A stretch of 63,590 nucleotides of DNA, filler included, from Octopus bimaculoides (GCF_001194135.2; 6 parts of 6 records of this genome joined end to end with filler, not necessarily neighbours in it), one strand, 5' to 3'; counted from the whole stretch's first letter, positions 12,781 to 26,279 are shown. Notes: a model not told the origin generated them from the letters alone. Translations and numbers: made by a program.

Positions 12781-15700
12781 CATTAAGCCTGTTCTCTCTG
12801 TATATATCTCTCTCTTCTTCTTTTCCCCCACCTCTTTCCCACCACCTCTTGCCTCGTTGTCGAATCAAGACATTTTTCTGTGCGGTGTTGCGGCTGTGTC
12901 CTACAAATAAAAATGTTTCATCGGGGTTGAAGTGACTTTAAAAGTCAAAATTTTTTCTTACAAAAAAATATTTAAAAAACTAACGAACGAGATGAAAAGC
13001 AGATAAAAACTTAAATGTTTTTTGTTGTTACTTAATTTTTCCTTTTTTCAAAATTTAATTATTTTTATTACTTCTGATTTTTGTATTATTTTAAAAATAT
13101 ATTTCGCACGAGAATGTCAGCCAAAATCGGTTTGAAATTAGTTTATTTCTCTCATGATTTTCTTGAAAATCCTCGACAGAAAAACTTGGTTTTAAGTCAC
13201 AAGTATTTATTGGTCCATATTCAAAAGATTCCTTTTGCCCTTTCGACGTAATTGAAGAACCCAAACAATCCCAACTGAATATCGTATATATTTAACCAAA
13301 AATGTATAACCTAAAACAAGAAAAAGGTAATAGAAATACACTTTCACAGGTTTTATATATGAAGATACGAATTAAACTATTAGTGTTATCTTGTCAAACA
13401 TTTTGAGAGCATTTTTCGCGAAAATGATTTCAGATTTACAAAGTTTTTCTAGTCTCATTGAAAACACATATCAAATAAATAATAACCACAAGAGGAAATT
13501 AATTCCAGACTGTTAAAGCCCGTTATTGTTCAGATGAATTGATAAAAATTGGTTTATAAAATGTGGACCATCGAAACCAAGCGATCTGTCTCTTGTGCAA
13601 ATCCTTACTATCTTTCGTATTCCAGTTGCTTCTAATTTTCCCTCGCACTTAAGACCATAACTATCTCCGACAAATCCCTCGCTAATAACAGTCAAGGAAA
13701 ATGCTACTGGAACACCGAAAACACTTTAGAACTGAATAGAATGATTACGGCAAAATGCTACTGGAACAAAATCTGAATTACGGTTTTGTTGCTACGTCAT
13801 TCCCCCACCACTGAAACAAATTTCATTCTCTATTGTTTTAGCGTACGAATCCTCGTTTTGACAACGCAACAAATGTCTTTCATCCGGAAGAAATTATTCA
13901 GAGCCATTCTTACCGCTAACGATGCCGGTTATGATGCCTTTGCTATTCGCCTGTTTTAACCTGGTAACTAGCTCTGTATACTATTTTATTTATATTTTAC
14001 CCACTCTTTATTAAATGCTATCATATTTCATTACCTTCTTTACAGTTTTAAGCACCTGATGTTGACGATTGTCACTTTCAGCTGACACTTCATTAACTTG
14101 CTACTCTGGTCCCTGTAGATTTTGCGCTCTGGAATGAAGCATTCATGTTCCAGTAAAAAAGAGGTCCCTCTCTTGGGTCCTATCTAAATCGAATGTGCAA
14201 ATCACAAATATGAGTCCTGTGTAGATGACCAGTTTAGGTTGAAGGCCAGAAGTGTTAGGGAGTCGATTATATGAATCGTAATACTTAAACAGGTATTTTT
14301 ATGTTGTTTTATCAATCCCAGAATGACGAAATTCAAAGTTATCTCGAAATGATGTAAACTCTGGAACAATTAATACATGACAACTTTTTCATGGCTTTAA
14401 TAATTCTGCCAGACCTACCGTCACTCCTTGTATCACCAAAAGACTGAAAGAGAGCTCATAGGCAGTGGCAGAAAGAATGAAAGGCAAACTGGAACTCATA
14501 GTTCTGGCTCTTTCAGGGTACGAGAACAGTTCCCGGGTGTTTAAAGAGGCAGTGCTTAGGTATTTTCTTTTTCCTTCATCCTATTATAAGAAACCAGGGG
14601 AGGATGCGCAAACACTTGTCACAAACCTCTGTCAAGCATACTAGTCTCCACCAGAGAGTTCTTGTCTTGGAATCACCTCTTTGTAAACAGAGAAGAAAAC
14701 GTATTCGGTATTCGTTAGTTGACACTCGACAATTTCAGTGGTTGACAAAACAACTATGCATATCTTATAATTGCCGCCGTTTTCACATCATGTTTTGCGC
14801 TATTTTCAGTCAGAAATTCGTTGGCTTCCTTCTCGCTGCTGCTGCATCAGAATTGATATTTTCTTCAGTCTACTGTCTGTAAAACGTATTTTGTTTTCAC
14901 TCGAAAATTTTGAGGAGGCGTCTTAACACTCTGCAGTCGTTTTGTTTGTATACGAGTAGCAGAAACAAAAAAGCCTCGCAAATTGATATATTTCTTTCTT
15001 TCAACCGAACGAGGGAGAATGGATGCAAATAGTCAGATTCCTACTTCACTGTTTGTAAGTTTTGCTTTATAGAATTATTATTTCACATAGTTTCACTTGG
15101 TAATAATCCATGATGTATCATGCAGAGCTAGACAAAGCAGTTTTATCAATGTTAAAACAAGAAAGAAACAAAACAAAACAATGGCAAAAATAATTATCGC
15201 TTCTGATTTCGGTAAAAGGCCAACAATTTTCATGCTAGTGGGTGAGAACTCTATACCTGTATTTGTTTTATTGACCATGACATGATATATTTGACCTCGG
15301 CCGCATTCGAACAATGAACATACAGTTCAAGAGATAATAACATTTTTTGCCGGTTCGCCCCCTTCATTAATAGTAAGGAAATCTGACAAAATTACCAAAG
15401 TTTGTATAAAATATAAAACTAGAGAGTAGAAACTGGAAGTGACTCTATAGGAAATATAAGGTTTCCTCAAAGACAAATTCAAAATCTAATGAGAATTTTA
15501 TAATAGCACGAATAAGGATACAAGAAAGCATCAACCTGCTAGAAATGAGAGCTAAAGTCTTTTTCGCGCAAACCAAAACCAGTACCTTAACAGATATATA
15601 ACATGACCAACATGATTTTTACTAGGTACAATGAAGAGGGTCAAAGATTAAATTTCCAGAAGCCGAGACACGGGTGCGTAGATATCTTGAATAGTATAAT

Positions 15701-16049
15701 CTCTCAGAGTTGTAGTTTTGAATATGTTAATTCTTTTTTGTTTCCTCGCCTACTGTTATTTCTCTGTCATTTTGGTGCTTTACGCTGGTCTAGTTAAGAC
15801 TTTAGCGCCCATTGCTAGCAAAAATAGCACAAGAACGCAAAGTCATCCGGTCAGTTGGATGATACGAAAACGGACAACAAAACATCCAGAGAGATGATAC
15901 AAAAAAAAAATCGAGGACGGATCATTCGGAGTTTTCTTTCTTCAGTCGAGTTCCAGATTATCTTTACAATTTCGGCTGGTTATACTCAAAATTCCTCCAA
16001 TCTGGACAGCCCCAAGGAAAAACTCAGCTAAGAGCACTTAGATTCCTTG

Positions 16050-16092
<43 letters not shown>

Positions 16093-16192
16093 NNNNNNNN
16101 NNNNNNNNNNNNNNNNNNNNNNNNNNNNNNNNNNNNTTAATTAATTAANNNNNNNNNNNNNNNNNNNNNNNNNNNNNNNNNNNNNNNNNNNN
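16093..16192. other. Artificial scaffold linker (44 N + TTAATTAATTAA + 44 N)
   Basis: Exactly 100 nt with a palindromic six-frame stop cassette; the identical structure occurs five times. Confidence 0.95.
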
Positions 16193-17897
16193 GAACACAT
16201 TATCGAAAACGAAAATCGCCTAACTTAAAAAATAAAAAAAGTTACACCCATTTTCCCTCAGTGTCTAATTCCAATGTTCACTGAATTCTTTCCCCAATGT
16301 TTTTTCAACACAAAATAAAACATGTATTTTTACTTTTTCAAAGTTTTTGCATTCGACACAAGTAAAAATTTTAATGAATTTAAAAATAATAGTGAAGCCT
16401 TATTTACCACATTTATTATGAATGGGAGTGGGGTCTTTTCCAGGTTTAATTTTGAAACAACTTTCACCATTGGAATTTCCATATCTGAATTGTTCTTCAT
16501 TTGTTTAAATAAATAAATGGGTACTGTTTCCAAAATTCACTTTTCCTGATAGTGAAATAAGCCCATCAAATGGAATTCTACCTTCCATTATTTCTTTCCT
16601 ACTTGACAAAAAGTATTGTTGCTTAGTTATTCAATTCAAGATATCTATATACGATGCTTGACTCCGTGTTGCTTTTTTTCTTTTTTACGGACAGACACCA
16701 AACTGACACCTGCTTAAAATTACTGTAATAAAAAGTTTCAAAGTTTTCGATAACTGAATTTACAAGCATCCTTCGTTATTGGGGAACTATTTCATTTCTC
16801 TTACTGAGCCAAATATACATTTTAATCAGGTTTTAATTCAACACCAACGAGTGTTTCAGTGGTGGAAAAATATTCATTTCATATCAGCATCCACTGCTTA
16901 TCATTTGTATGCAGAAAACTGTATTGACAAAAAAAGGGGGTGGGATTGTAATGGTGGTTGCTGTCATGAGGGCAGAGATGGGGGTACAACGTTCCAAAAT
17001 CATGGATTTTCGTGAATTTCAATGTTTTATTTAAAAAAAAAAACTTCCCCCATTTTTGTAAGTGAAAAGTGCAAAAAAAATAGAAAATTCTGTCGTGGGG
17101 AACCCAGGGAGAAGAAGAATCATAGATTTTCTAAAAAATTTTCATAGAAGGCTTCCTCACCATCATTTTGAAGTGTGGTGAAAAAATAGATTTGAAAAAT
17201 TCCTGTGAAATGGAGAAAATCCAATCTGTGGATGAGTTATTCCGAAACTCTGCCTAAGTTTTATATATATACAATATACTTGATGTATTTAATATTATAT
17301 ATATATTTACATATATTTATATTGGTGTATGAATGTGTTTATTTGCTTTGCATATATGTGTGTTAAGTATAGTCTGTTGGTACTTGGCTACCAAGTTTCG
17401 AAATTTTAAAATTTGGTACATAAATGTAGTTTTCCAAGGTGAATAAGAGATATTTCACTTTTCCAGAAAATTTTTTTTTTTAAGTTATAGAAGTTTAAAA
17501 TTTAATAATTTTCACCCAGTCAGAAAACAGGACTTGGAAGCTGTCATTTTGTGCGTGACAATTTAACTGTTATTTTTAGGACATCTCACCACCACCTCAA
17601 TGAAAGATAATATATGATCCATATATAAGATCCATTTATTCCTTTGACCTATTAAAATGAAAGTTGAAAAGAGTCATAAAATATGATCTGCACCATCCCC
17701 AAAGTGAGCAAAGTGGCTGAACTTCAATATCACTACACACCAGTAGCACATGCAGTCCACTTACAAAAACAACACTGCTAACTGTAGAAGTAAACGTTTA
17801 ACCACTCACACTTTTAACAGAATCGACACATACACAGGAGTGCATGTACACACACATTCTCGGATCTTTCTGGTTTGACGGGCACCACTTGTTTTCT

Positions 17898-18579
17898 TAA
17901 CGAAACACTTTCAAACTTGGGATACTGGTAGAATGTGTCATATAAAACATCTTTTTCTCTTAGCTTTCTTAACAAAAATTTTTTCTTAATAAGTCATTTC
18001 ATGTTAAAGTTGTTGTATTTCTGTAATTTCAACCAATCACTGATGTCTATTCAGCTGAATACAGTTACTGCTGTTTTTGTAAACAATAATTCTTGCCGGT
18101 GTCAAGAGTGTTATTCCCTGTTTAATTATATCATTATTCCCTAGTAAGGTTTTAGGGTTAGGGTTCGGGTTTTAGGGTTAGGGTTATGGTTATGAGTTAT
18201 AGGGTTTTAGGGTTAGGGTTATGAGTGAGGTTATGGCAAAAATAATCATAACCCTAACCGTAACCCTAACTCTAAAACCCGAACCCTAACCCTAAAACCC
18301 TAAAGCTAAAACCAGTACAAATGTACGAACGATGTCATAAATAACAGTACCACGGCACTAATTTTATTCAAGGGAAAAGATCCCATGACACCATTAGAAC
18401 ATGTTGTTTACATTCCATGGCAGTAATTGTTTTCACCTCAATAGACGTCAGTGATTGGTTGAAATTACCGAAATACGACAATTTTTTACATGAAATAACT
18501 TTGAATACAAAATTTTTTATCTGTTCTATAACACAAAATATACAAGTATACGAAGTTTGAAAGTGTTTCGGTACCAAAA
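17898..18579. mobile_element. Foldback/MITE-like element with long imperfect inverted arms and central inverted telomeric repeats
   Basis: Left arm (cgaaacactttcaaactt...taatttcaaccaatcactgatgtctatt, from 17901) is the reverse complement of the right arm (aatagacgtcagtgattggttgaaatta...aagtttgaaagtgtttcg, to 18570). The centre is (TTAGGG)-like 18148-18236 then (CCCTAA)-like 18248-18313. Confidence 0.85.
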
Positions 18580-19269
18580 NNNNNNNNNNNNNNNNNNNNN
18601 NNNNNNNNNNNNNNNNNNNNNNNNNNNNNNNNNNNNNNNNNNNNNNNNNNNNNNNNNNNNNNNNNNNNNNNNNNNNNNNNNNNNNNNNNNNNNNNNNNNN
18701 NNNNNNNNNNNNNNNNNNNNNNNNNNNNNNNNNNNNNNNNNNNNNNNNNNNNNNNNNNNNNNNNNNNNNNNNNNNNNNNNNNNNNNNNNNNNNNNNNNNN
18801 NNNNNNNNNNNNNNNNNNNNNNNNNNNNNNNNNNNNNNNNNNNNNNNNNNNNNNNNNNNNNNNNNNNNNNNNNNNNNNNNNNNNNNNNNNNNNNNNNNNN
18901 NNNNNNNNNNNNNNNNNNNNNNNNNNNNNNNNNNNNNNNNNNNNNNNNNNNNNNNNNNNNNNNNNNNNNNNNNNNNNNNNNNNNNNNNNNNNNNNNNNNN
19001 NNNNNNNNNNNNNNNNNNNNNNNNNNNNNNNNNNNNNNNNNNNNNNNNNNNNNNNNNNNNNNNNNNNNNNNNNNNNNNNNNNNNNNNNNNNNNNNNNNNN
19101 NNNNNNNNNNNNNNNNNNNNNNNNNNNNNAAAAAAATTGTTTTCATTGCTGCACACAGTACACAAAAAAATCAAAAATTTAGTTAAGAAAATTTTTTTTC
19201 TGCATGCACGTTACTATTCCAACATTTTTGTTGGTTCTTTGGTCCTTTTTTTTTTCTTTCCTCTGTACA

Positions 19270-21070
19270 AAATGAGTCTTTCCAGCTTACCCGCGAACTC
19301 TGGTGACGTCGCACTTTGGTTTGCTCAATTGGATGCATATTTTTCTACCCATGCTGTGCCTCACCGACAGCAGCTAAACCTTTTGTACTGTAGGATGCCT
19401 TCACCTCTTGCACGCTCTGTGAAAGATCTCATCACTGACCCACATCCGAACGCGACTTACACGTCCATCAAATCCAAGGTTCTCTGTCAGAACACATAAT
19501 CTGCAGAGGGTAAATTCCAGACACTGATGCAAGATGAACACCTGGGAGATAGGACACCATTTGAGTTTCTTCATTGTTTGTGAGAACTCAGCGACACTTC
19601 ACTTAAGGACAATCCTCTGGTTAGGAAATTGTTTTTCTCTCATCTACTGCCAATCAATACTGGCCACAACAGCCATGGTAAACAAGATCATAGAGCTTAT
19701 TGTGCAGCCCGCACCTCACCATAACTGTTCAGACCCATAGTAGCTTCCTCTACTACCACAAAGTCTCCTACTTCGTCACATGACAACATTTTGGAGAGAG
19801 TTGATGTATTAACACGTTGCATGGACACACTGTGGCAAGAACACGCCAGCTCTCGTCCTCGCAGCAGAAGCCATTCTAAGTCATGGTCATCTACTTCTCT
19901 AACAGTTTCCATTCTCTGCTGGTACCATGCCACATTTAAGGACAAAGCCTGTCGATGCATCCAGCCCTGTTTGTTCAAGCTATCAGGAAACTAGTTGCAG
20001 AAAATTTGGGCACATCAAATTCTTCCTGAAATTTTTCATCTCATCGTGCATTCTTTGTTGAGGATCATGTGTCTAACGAATTGTTCATGGTTGACACCGG
20101 ATCCAGCTATTTTATTTGGCATTTGTGTCTTACTTCAGACAAGCCGAAGCAATCCGCCATTAACCTGCACGTGGTAAATCTATCTCCGATAGAAACTTAC
20201 AGTCAGGTCTCATTAAACCTAGATCTCAACCTTCGAAGAGATTTTAGGTGGGTTTTTGTTATAGCAGATCTACCATACCCCATTCTAGGTGCAGACATTT
20301 TAAACCACTTTCACTTGTTAGTAGATGTCAGGCAACAGAGACTTGTGGACGATTCTACATCTTTGTTTCTGCCTGCTCGAGTTACTACTAATGCTGTTCT
20401 CAGTCCATCAATTTTTGTCGCCACTGCTGGTGATCAGTTCCACTCCCTTTTGGCTTCTTTCCTAGAGCTGGTAGATTTGACTTTCAACTCAGTCAAAGTC
20501 ACACACTCAACTTTCCATTATATCACTACTTCTGGACCACCTGTTTTTTCACATCCACAGTGACTCACCCTTGATCAACTCAAAAAGGCTCAATCTGCGT
20601 TTGAGCATATGCTTCAACTCGGCCTTATTTGCCCCTCAACCAGCCCTTGGGCATCTCCTCTACATTTGGCATGGAAAGGGGATTCAGATTTTCACCTGGT
20701 GAGGGATTACAGACGTTTGAATGTGATCACTGTTTTTGTTTGGGATGATTCTGTCAGAGGACCACTCGTTTCTCCCTATAAAGACCATTTCATATGCTAT
20801 CGCGCACACCTAAAACTTTTAGTCTCAATATCAATGGTCGGGCAGAGACTGTGTCAATTGATAGACTTAAAAAGGTACATTTTGAGGTTTCCACACCCTT
20901 TGATGACACCCCAGCCACGCTCGCTTTTGATCCTTTACAACCACCTATACACCCACCTACACATGCACCTTTGACCACACCATCACCTACACCTCCACAT
21001 TCATCGCCACAACCTAACACAAACAAACCTTATGTCACCAGGACAGGCTGTACTGTGCATTGACCAAAAA
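19270..21070 (+). mobile_element. Degenerate, internally deleted Ty3/Gypsy LTR retrotransposon (gag, protease, RT N-terminus, integrase C-terminus)
   Basis: Gag: VALWFAQLDAYF, LGDRTP.EFL, CWYHATFKDKACRCIQPC. Protease: FMVDTGS, FRWVFVIADLPYPILGADILNHFHLLVDVRQQRLVD. RT start: HYITTSGPPVFS, SPWASPLHLAWK..DYRRLNVIT. This jumps directly to the integrase tail DSVRGPLVSPYK...INGRAETVSIDRLK. Several stops and frameshifts. Confidence 0.92.
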
Positions 21071-21344
21071 AGACTTACCAAAACTATTTATATCTGACAA
21101 CCTCTTTTGTGTTTCCTGTGACAGACAATTGCTTTCTTGTGTTGCTGAACAATTCTAATGCTTTGCCATTGAACATTTTGTCAAAATTTTGTGCGTGCCC
21201 ATTTATATTTCTTGTAATTATTTTCTTTTGACTTGTCACATTTTGTACCATATCTTGTTGTTTGCGATCGGTTACCATCTTTGCTCTTTTCTTATGCCTG
21301 CTCCACTTATTCTCTATTTTTGCACTAGTGTTCTCAGTGGGGAA

Positions 21345-21701
21345 GCCAGCTCCATTTTGAACGAGATCTCACCAGTAGCCATTGTCATGCGTGAAACAAG
21401 AATGAGATCTTGCCTGCAACCATTTGCCATGCATGAGACGAGATTCTCGCTAGCAACCAGTATTTAAGCAAGAAACAACATTCACTCTCTCATTTTCATC
21501 TCACGCTTATGCCGAGAAACACAGCATAGCCAGCAGCTCACAGCGGACTCTTGTCCCGCTCTGACTCCACATGCTTATCTCCAGAGGTAATGAAATCACA
21601 CGTGTACGGAGTTAAGACAAACCACGGGATGCTATAAAGATGGTCACTGAATGAGAACTCTGTGAATAAACGACTGTGAACTTCTTTGTGTTCCAATTAC
21701 A
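21345..21701 (+). repeat. Probable 3' LTR of the Gypsy element
   Basis: Follows a purine-rich agtggggaag tract, contains TATTTAAG and AATAAA (21665), and ends in ..TTACA. The 5' LTR cannot be compared (probably in gap 18580-19129). Confidence 0.45.
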
Positions 21702-21982
21702 AAAAATAATTATAATGGGAGAAGGAGATACTCAACAGGTATCATAAACCTTCCATTATACAAGGATTGCAACAAAAGGACTCTGATGGACCTAGCTGAT
21801 TGACTGTAGAGTCGATTAATTAATTGTTTAAATGGTTAGCTACTTGAATGATAGTAATGATACAGAATGAATTAGTATGTTTTCTTATTGGTATCATGAC
21901 CCTCCCAAATCAGAAAATGTTTCAATACACAATTTCACATTAAAAATTTTGCAAACAAAATATAAAAATGATGTATCATCAT

Positions 21983-22720
21983 CATCGTCGTCGTCATCGT
22001 TTAACGTCTGCTTTCCATGCTGGCATGGGTTGGACAGAAGGCTGCACCAGACTCAATTTGATCTGACAAAGTTTCTACAGCTGGATGCCCTTCCTAACGC
22101 CAACCACTCCGAGAGTGTGGTGGGTGCTTTTACGTTCCACCGGCATGAGAGCCAGTCAGGTGGTTCTGGCAACAACCATACTCAAAAGGTATTTTTTACA
22201 TGCTACCTGCATGGGAGCCAGTCTAGCAACGACCACACTTGAATGTTATTTTTCACATGCCAGTAAGGTGACGCTGGCAACGATCATGCTCGAATGGTGC
22301 TTTTTACATGCCACCGGTACGGGAGCCAATCTGTGGCCCTGGCAACGATCACGCTCAGATGTGCTTTTAATGTTCCACTGGCACAAGTGCCAATCAGGAG
22401 TTACTGTCATCGGCCACGTCAGTGATTTTGATTTGATTTCACTTACCTCAGTAGGTCTTCACAAGCAAAGTTTATTGTCCAATGATTGAGGGGTACTCAT
22501 AAGTGGGCTGGTTACACCCCACACTCAGATGGTGCTTTTAACATTCCCCTGGTTATACCCACTGGCATTGGCCACAGGCTATGGTCTCACTTGGCTTGTC
22601 GGGACTTCTCAAGCACAGCATATCTTTAAAGGTCTTGGTCACTAGTTATTGCCTTGGTAAGGCCCAATGTTCAAAGGTCGTGCTTCACCACCTCATCCCA
22701 GGTCTCCCTGAGTCTACCTC
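21983..22720 (-). mobile_element. RTE-clade LINE 3' end with internal ~60-70 bp tandem repeats in the 3' UTR and a (GAT)n tail
   Basis: Minus strand reads WDEVVKHDL*TLGLTKAITSDQDL*RYAVLEKSRQAK (RTE/BovB-like C-terminus). The 3' end ...ccaacccatgccagcatggaaagcagacgttaaacgatgacg is shared with 28617-28768 and 42720-42965. Confidence 0.75.
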
Positions 22721-24019
22721 TCCTACTTATTTGTTTGACATCATAAGAATTTAGAAATTTCAAGAATGTGAAATTATTTGTTTTAGGAATGGTGAATCTT
22801 GGAGCAAATAAAGCTACATTTAATGGTATATAAATATTGGGTTAAAATCCCTTTGGATACAACTTCCTTCACCACATAACCAGAATAACAATTTAATTCT
22901 GCCATGGAAGTATTTCTGTGGCAAAACCTTCATTGATATAACATATTTAAAGTATGTGTGTCTATAAAGGAATTTTTCCCAGATTAAAAACCATAGCTTC
23001 TGGTTTTTCAATAATACACATATGTTAAATATGTTATTTTGATAAAGTTTTAACTAAAGAGCTGCTTCTATTGCATAATTCGAATTGTTTGTGTGTTGCC
23101 TTTGCAAACCAGTGCATAATATATACACTATGTCTTTATACTTCAGACTGGCTGATTTGATTTTACTTTGGAAGTGACACCTTCATTCTGAAGTGATTTC
23201 GTTTCACCTAATTCTGAAGTATATTGAATTTCTTTACACAACATTTTTATAAAGAGATATTTCTCGGATTAAAACCTCAGCTTTTGACTTTTCAAAGACA
23301 CACATTACGTTTTTACTATAGAGATGATTTTTGCATATCATACGAAGTTCTTTGATCTTTGAGGTGCCACACATGACTGGCCAGGGACATGACAAAACGT
23401 CTTTCTGGAACCCTGAAGGTTGACTAGTGGTTGCAGAAGGCTGTGCTGGCAGATCTGATGTATTTACAGGCTTGGATGCTGGCTATGTTCACATTCCTGG
23501 TGTATTTCTGGTTGACACCTAGCCTGGGAATGTTGTTGTCACCGGTGTTGTTGGGGCTGCCGTCAATGTTGCTATCATTATGGTGCACTGGGATGGCAGT
23601 GCTGGCATGTCATCGCTGCACTTATTGTCGCTGTGGTGATTGTCTCTGGTCATAGGGTTGGCACTGTTGCTGCCAGCAGTGGTGTGGATGCCATTGCTGG
23701 TAATGTAGGGTGTAGGGCCAGTTACTTTCTCAATGCCATTGGTATCAGTCTGGTCATTCTCTCTGGCTGTTGCATTGGTACTGGGGTCATTGGCATCAGA
23801 GCTGGTTTTCTGCCACTGTCAGCACCTCCGGTATTGCTGTTTTTGGATGGTACGTTGTTGTTACTGTAGTTGCTAGACCTAGGTGTCACTGTAGCCTCAT
23901 AAATGACACCTTCAGCTTCACATTGACCCCCCCCCCTGCTGTACAGTCATTGTACACCCTGCAAAGGCAAACTGCCTCTTTCCGTGTTTTGTGGGTGTTA
24001 GTACTATATATATATAGTT

Positions 24020-24050
<31 letters not shown>

Positions 24051-24195
24051 CTAGCAGAGGCATCCAGCGTTGCTCGGGAATGAAATTGTTGCTTATATAC
24101 TGGATGAAAAAAAGCAAAATATGCTGTATAGAAATTTGAGGACATTCTGTAGATGGACTCTCAGATGAATGATGGTTGGGCGCCTCTCATGAATG
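24051..24195 (-). mobile_element. Helitron-like 3' terminus, truncated by linker gap
   Basis: Minus strand CCCGAGCAACGCTGG (short hairpin) ...TCTG-CTAG|T, the canonical hairpin + CTAG end followed by T, sitting in an (AT)n tract. Confidence 0.6.
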
Positions 24196-24295
24196 NNNNN
24201 NNNNNNNNNNNNNNNNNNNNNNNNNNNNNNNNNNNNNNNTTAATTAATTAANNNNNNNNNNNNNNNNNNNNNNNNNNNNNNNNNNNNNNNNNNNN
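24196..24295. other. Artificial scaffold linker
   Basis: 44 N + TTAATTAATTAA + 44 N. Confidence 0.95.
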
Positions 24296-24326
<31 letters not shown>

Positions 24327-25954
24327 AATACACACACTGAAAAGAAAATGAGAAACACATGATGCAAATATACAAATACATAATACACAAAAGAGAAAAA
24401 ATAAAAAAGCTCAAACATGACCACACTTACAGAAAGACTATGGGAGGAGACAAATATATGCCACATACACAGAGAGAGAGAAAGAGACACACACACGCAC
24501 ACATCTGTGTATATATGTTGTAGAGCCATTTGTTGTTAATAACAAACTCATCTATTATGTGCGCAAGTCTTCATTTTGTCGGAGAGTGAAAACTCAACAT
24601 AAAAACCATGTTGCTGCCTCTGGTGCAGATAATGACAATGATGATGATGATGACGACGACGACGACGATGACAACGACGATGACAGCAGCAATAACAACA
24701 ACAACAACTATGACAGCAACAGCAACGACGATGGTGACGATGGTGATGGTGATGGTGATGATGATGTTGATCATCTGCAAAACATTTTCTCGAAGCTTCC
24801 TACACACATCACTATTGTAATAGAGTTGATGAATATACAAAAGCTCTCTCTGATCCCCCCGGGCCTCATAAATTCATGGCAAAGTGGGTGTTTCATTATA
24901 ATGCCAACCACATTTAATGATGGAACAGAAAAACTTTGAATGGAAATTAAGTCACAACTTATCATTTCACATAGAACAAGTATTTGTCAATTCTAAAATA
25001 TGACCAACATTGACAATGCAGATCTTGGCACCTAAGGAAAAAAAGAAAACAAAAGAATAAAATAAAATAAGATAAAACGAAATAAATAAAACACATAAAC
25101 AAATAAATGTGTCTTAATTATTATTCATTGAACCAATTTGAATAACTTTTTCTGTGGAAATATGTGGCTTTTGTTACACTCCATAATTTGTTCCGTTTAA
25201 ATTAAAGCTTGATAACAAAAGAGTCGAAATATTTTCCCAGTGGCTTGCTTCCATCATAATTATGGACAAACTCACGAGGTGGATCAAAACATGGGTGTTC
25301 TGATAGTCAGCAATGTCTTGTATTTTTGATCCCTAGCAGCTAAATGAAGAATGGTCGCATAAAACATTTCAACAGTGTTGGTCCCTCTGTGGTTGCTGAG
25401 AGCAATGAGACTGATGAATCTAACAGATGGATATGTAAACACTGGTGAATTCCTCACAATTTGCCTGTGAATCTTTGAGAAAACAATTTTCCTACTCGTT
25501 TATTGGTTTCAGATTTTTTTCTTTGTTTGCTTCCTTCTTTCCTGTCTTTCTTTCTTTCCTTTGGGTTCCATTACTGAAGAAATAACAACAAAATTTTTTT
25601 AAAAAAACTAAAAAAAAACTAACAGAAATAAGTAAAATAAAAATGCAAACATGCAAACAAATGAACAAACAAAAATAAAGTTTAAAAAAAAAATAGCAGA
25701 AGATAAAAAACGATAATGTAAGGGATAAGAGCATCCGAGAACAGTGTATTCTGCTTTATCAATATTTCTTGGACTTTAAACACCCGAATAAATATATAAT
25801 CTTCAACATTATCATTGTCATCATCATCATTATCATCATCACCACCTTCATAACCACCACAACTACCACCACCAACACACACACATGCACACACATTCAC
25901 ACACATATACATAATACATGTATATATATATATATATCCACATATATATTATGG

Positions 25955-26001
<47 letters not shown>

Positions 26002-26279
26002 NNNNNNNNNNNNNNNNNNNNNNNNNNNNNNNNNNNNNNNNNNNNNNNNNNNNNNNNNNNNNNNNNNNNNNNNNNNNNNNNNNNNNNNNNNNNNNNNNNN
26101 NNNNNNNNNNNNNNNNNNNNNNNNNNTATATCTATATATATATATATATACATGTATGTATGTCCAAGTTTAAGAGCAACAAGCTTATTTTCTTTAACAT
26201 TGTTTTTCCAGATAATTTCATTCATTTTCTTTTTTGTCCAGTGTTATTTGACTTAACACGAAACATATTCTTTTCTACT

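Noticed and set aside
12614-12868. Acidic poly-Asp ORF on the minus strand
   Set aside because: Derived from a (GAT/GAC)n microsatellite; no recognisable domain or reliable exon boundaries.
13510-13670. Possible hAT BED-finger relic (NQAICLLCKSLLS...SNFPSHLR)
   Set aside because: Too short and interrupted by a stop and a frameshift to support without a search.
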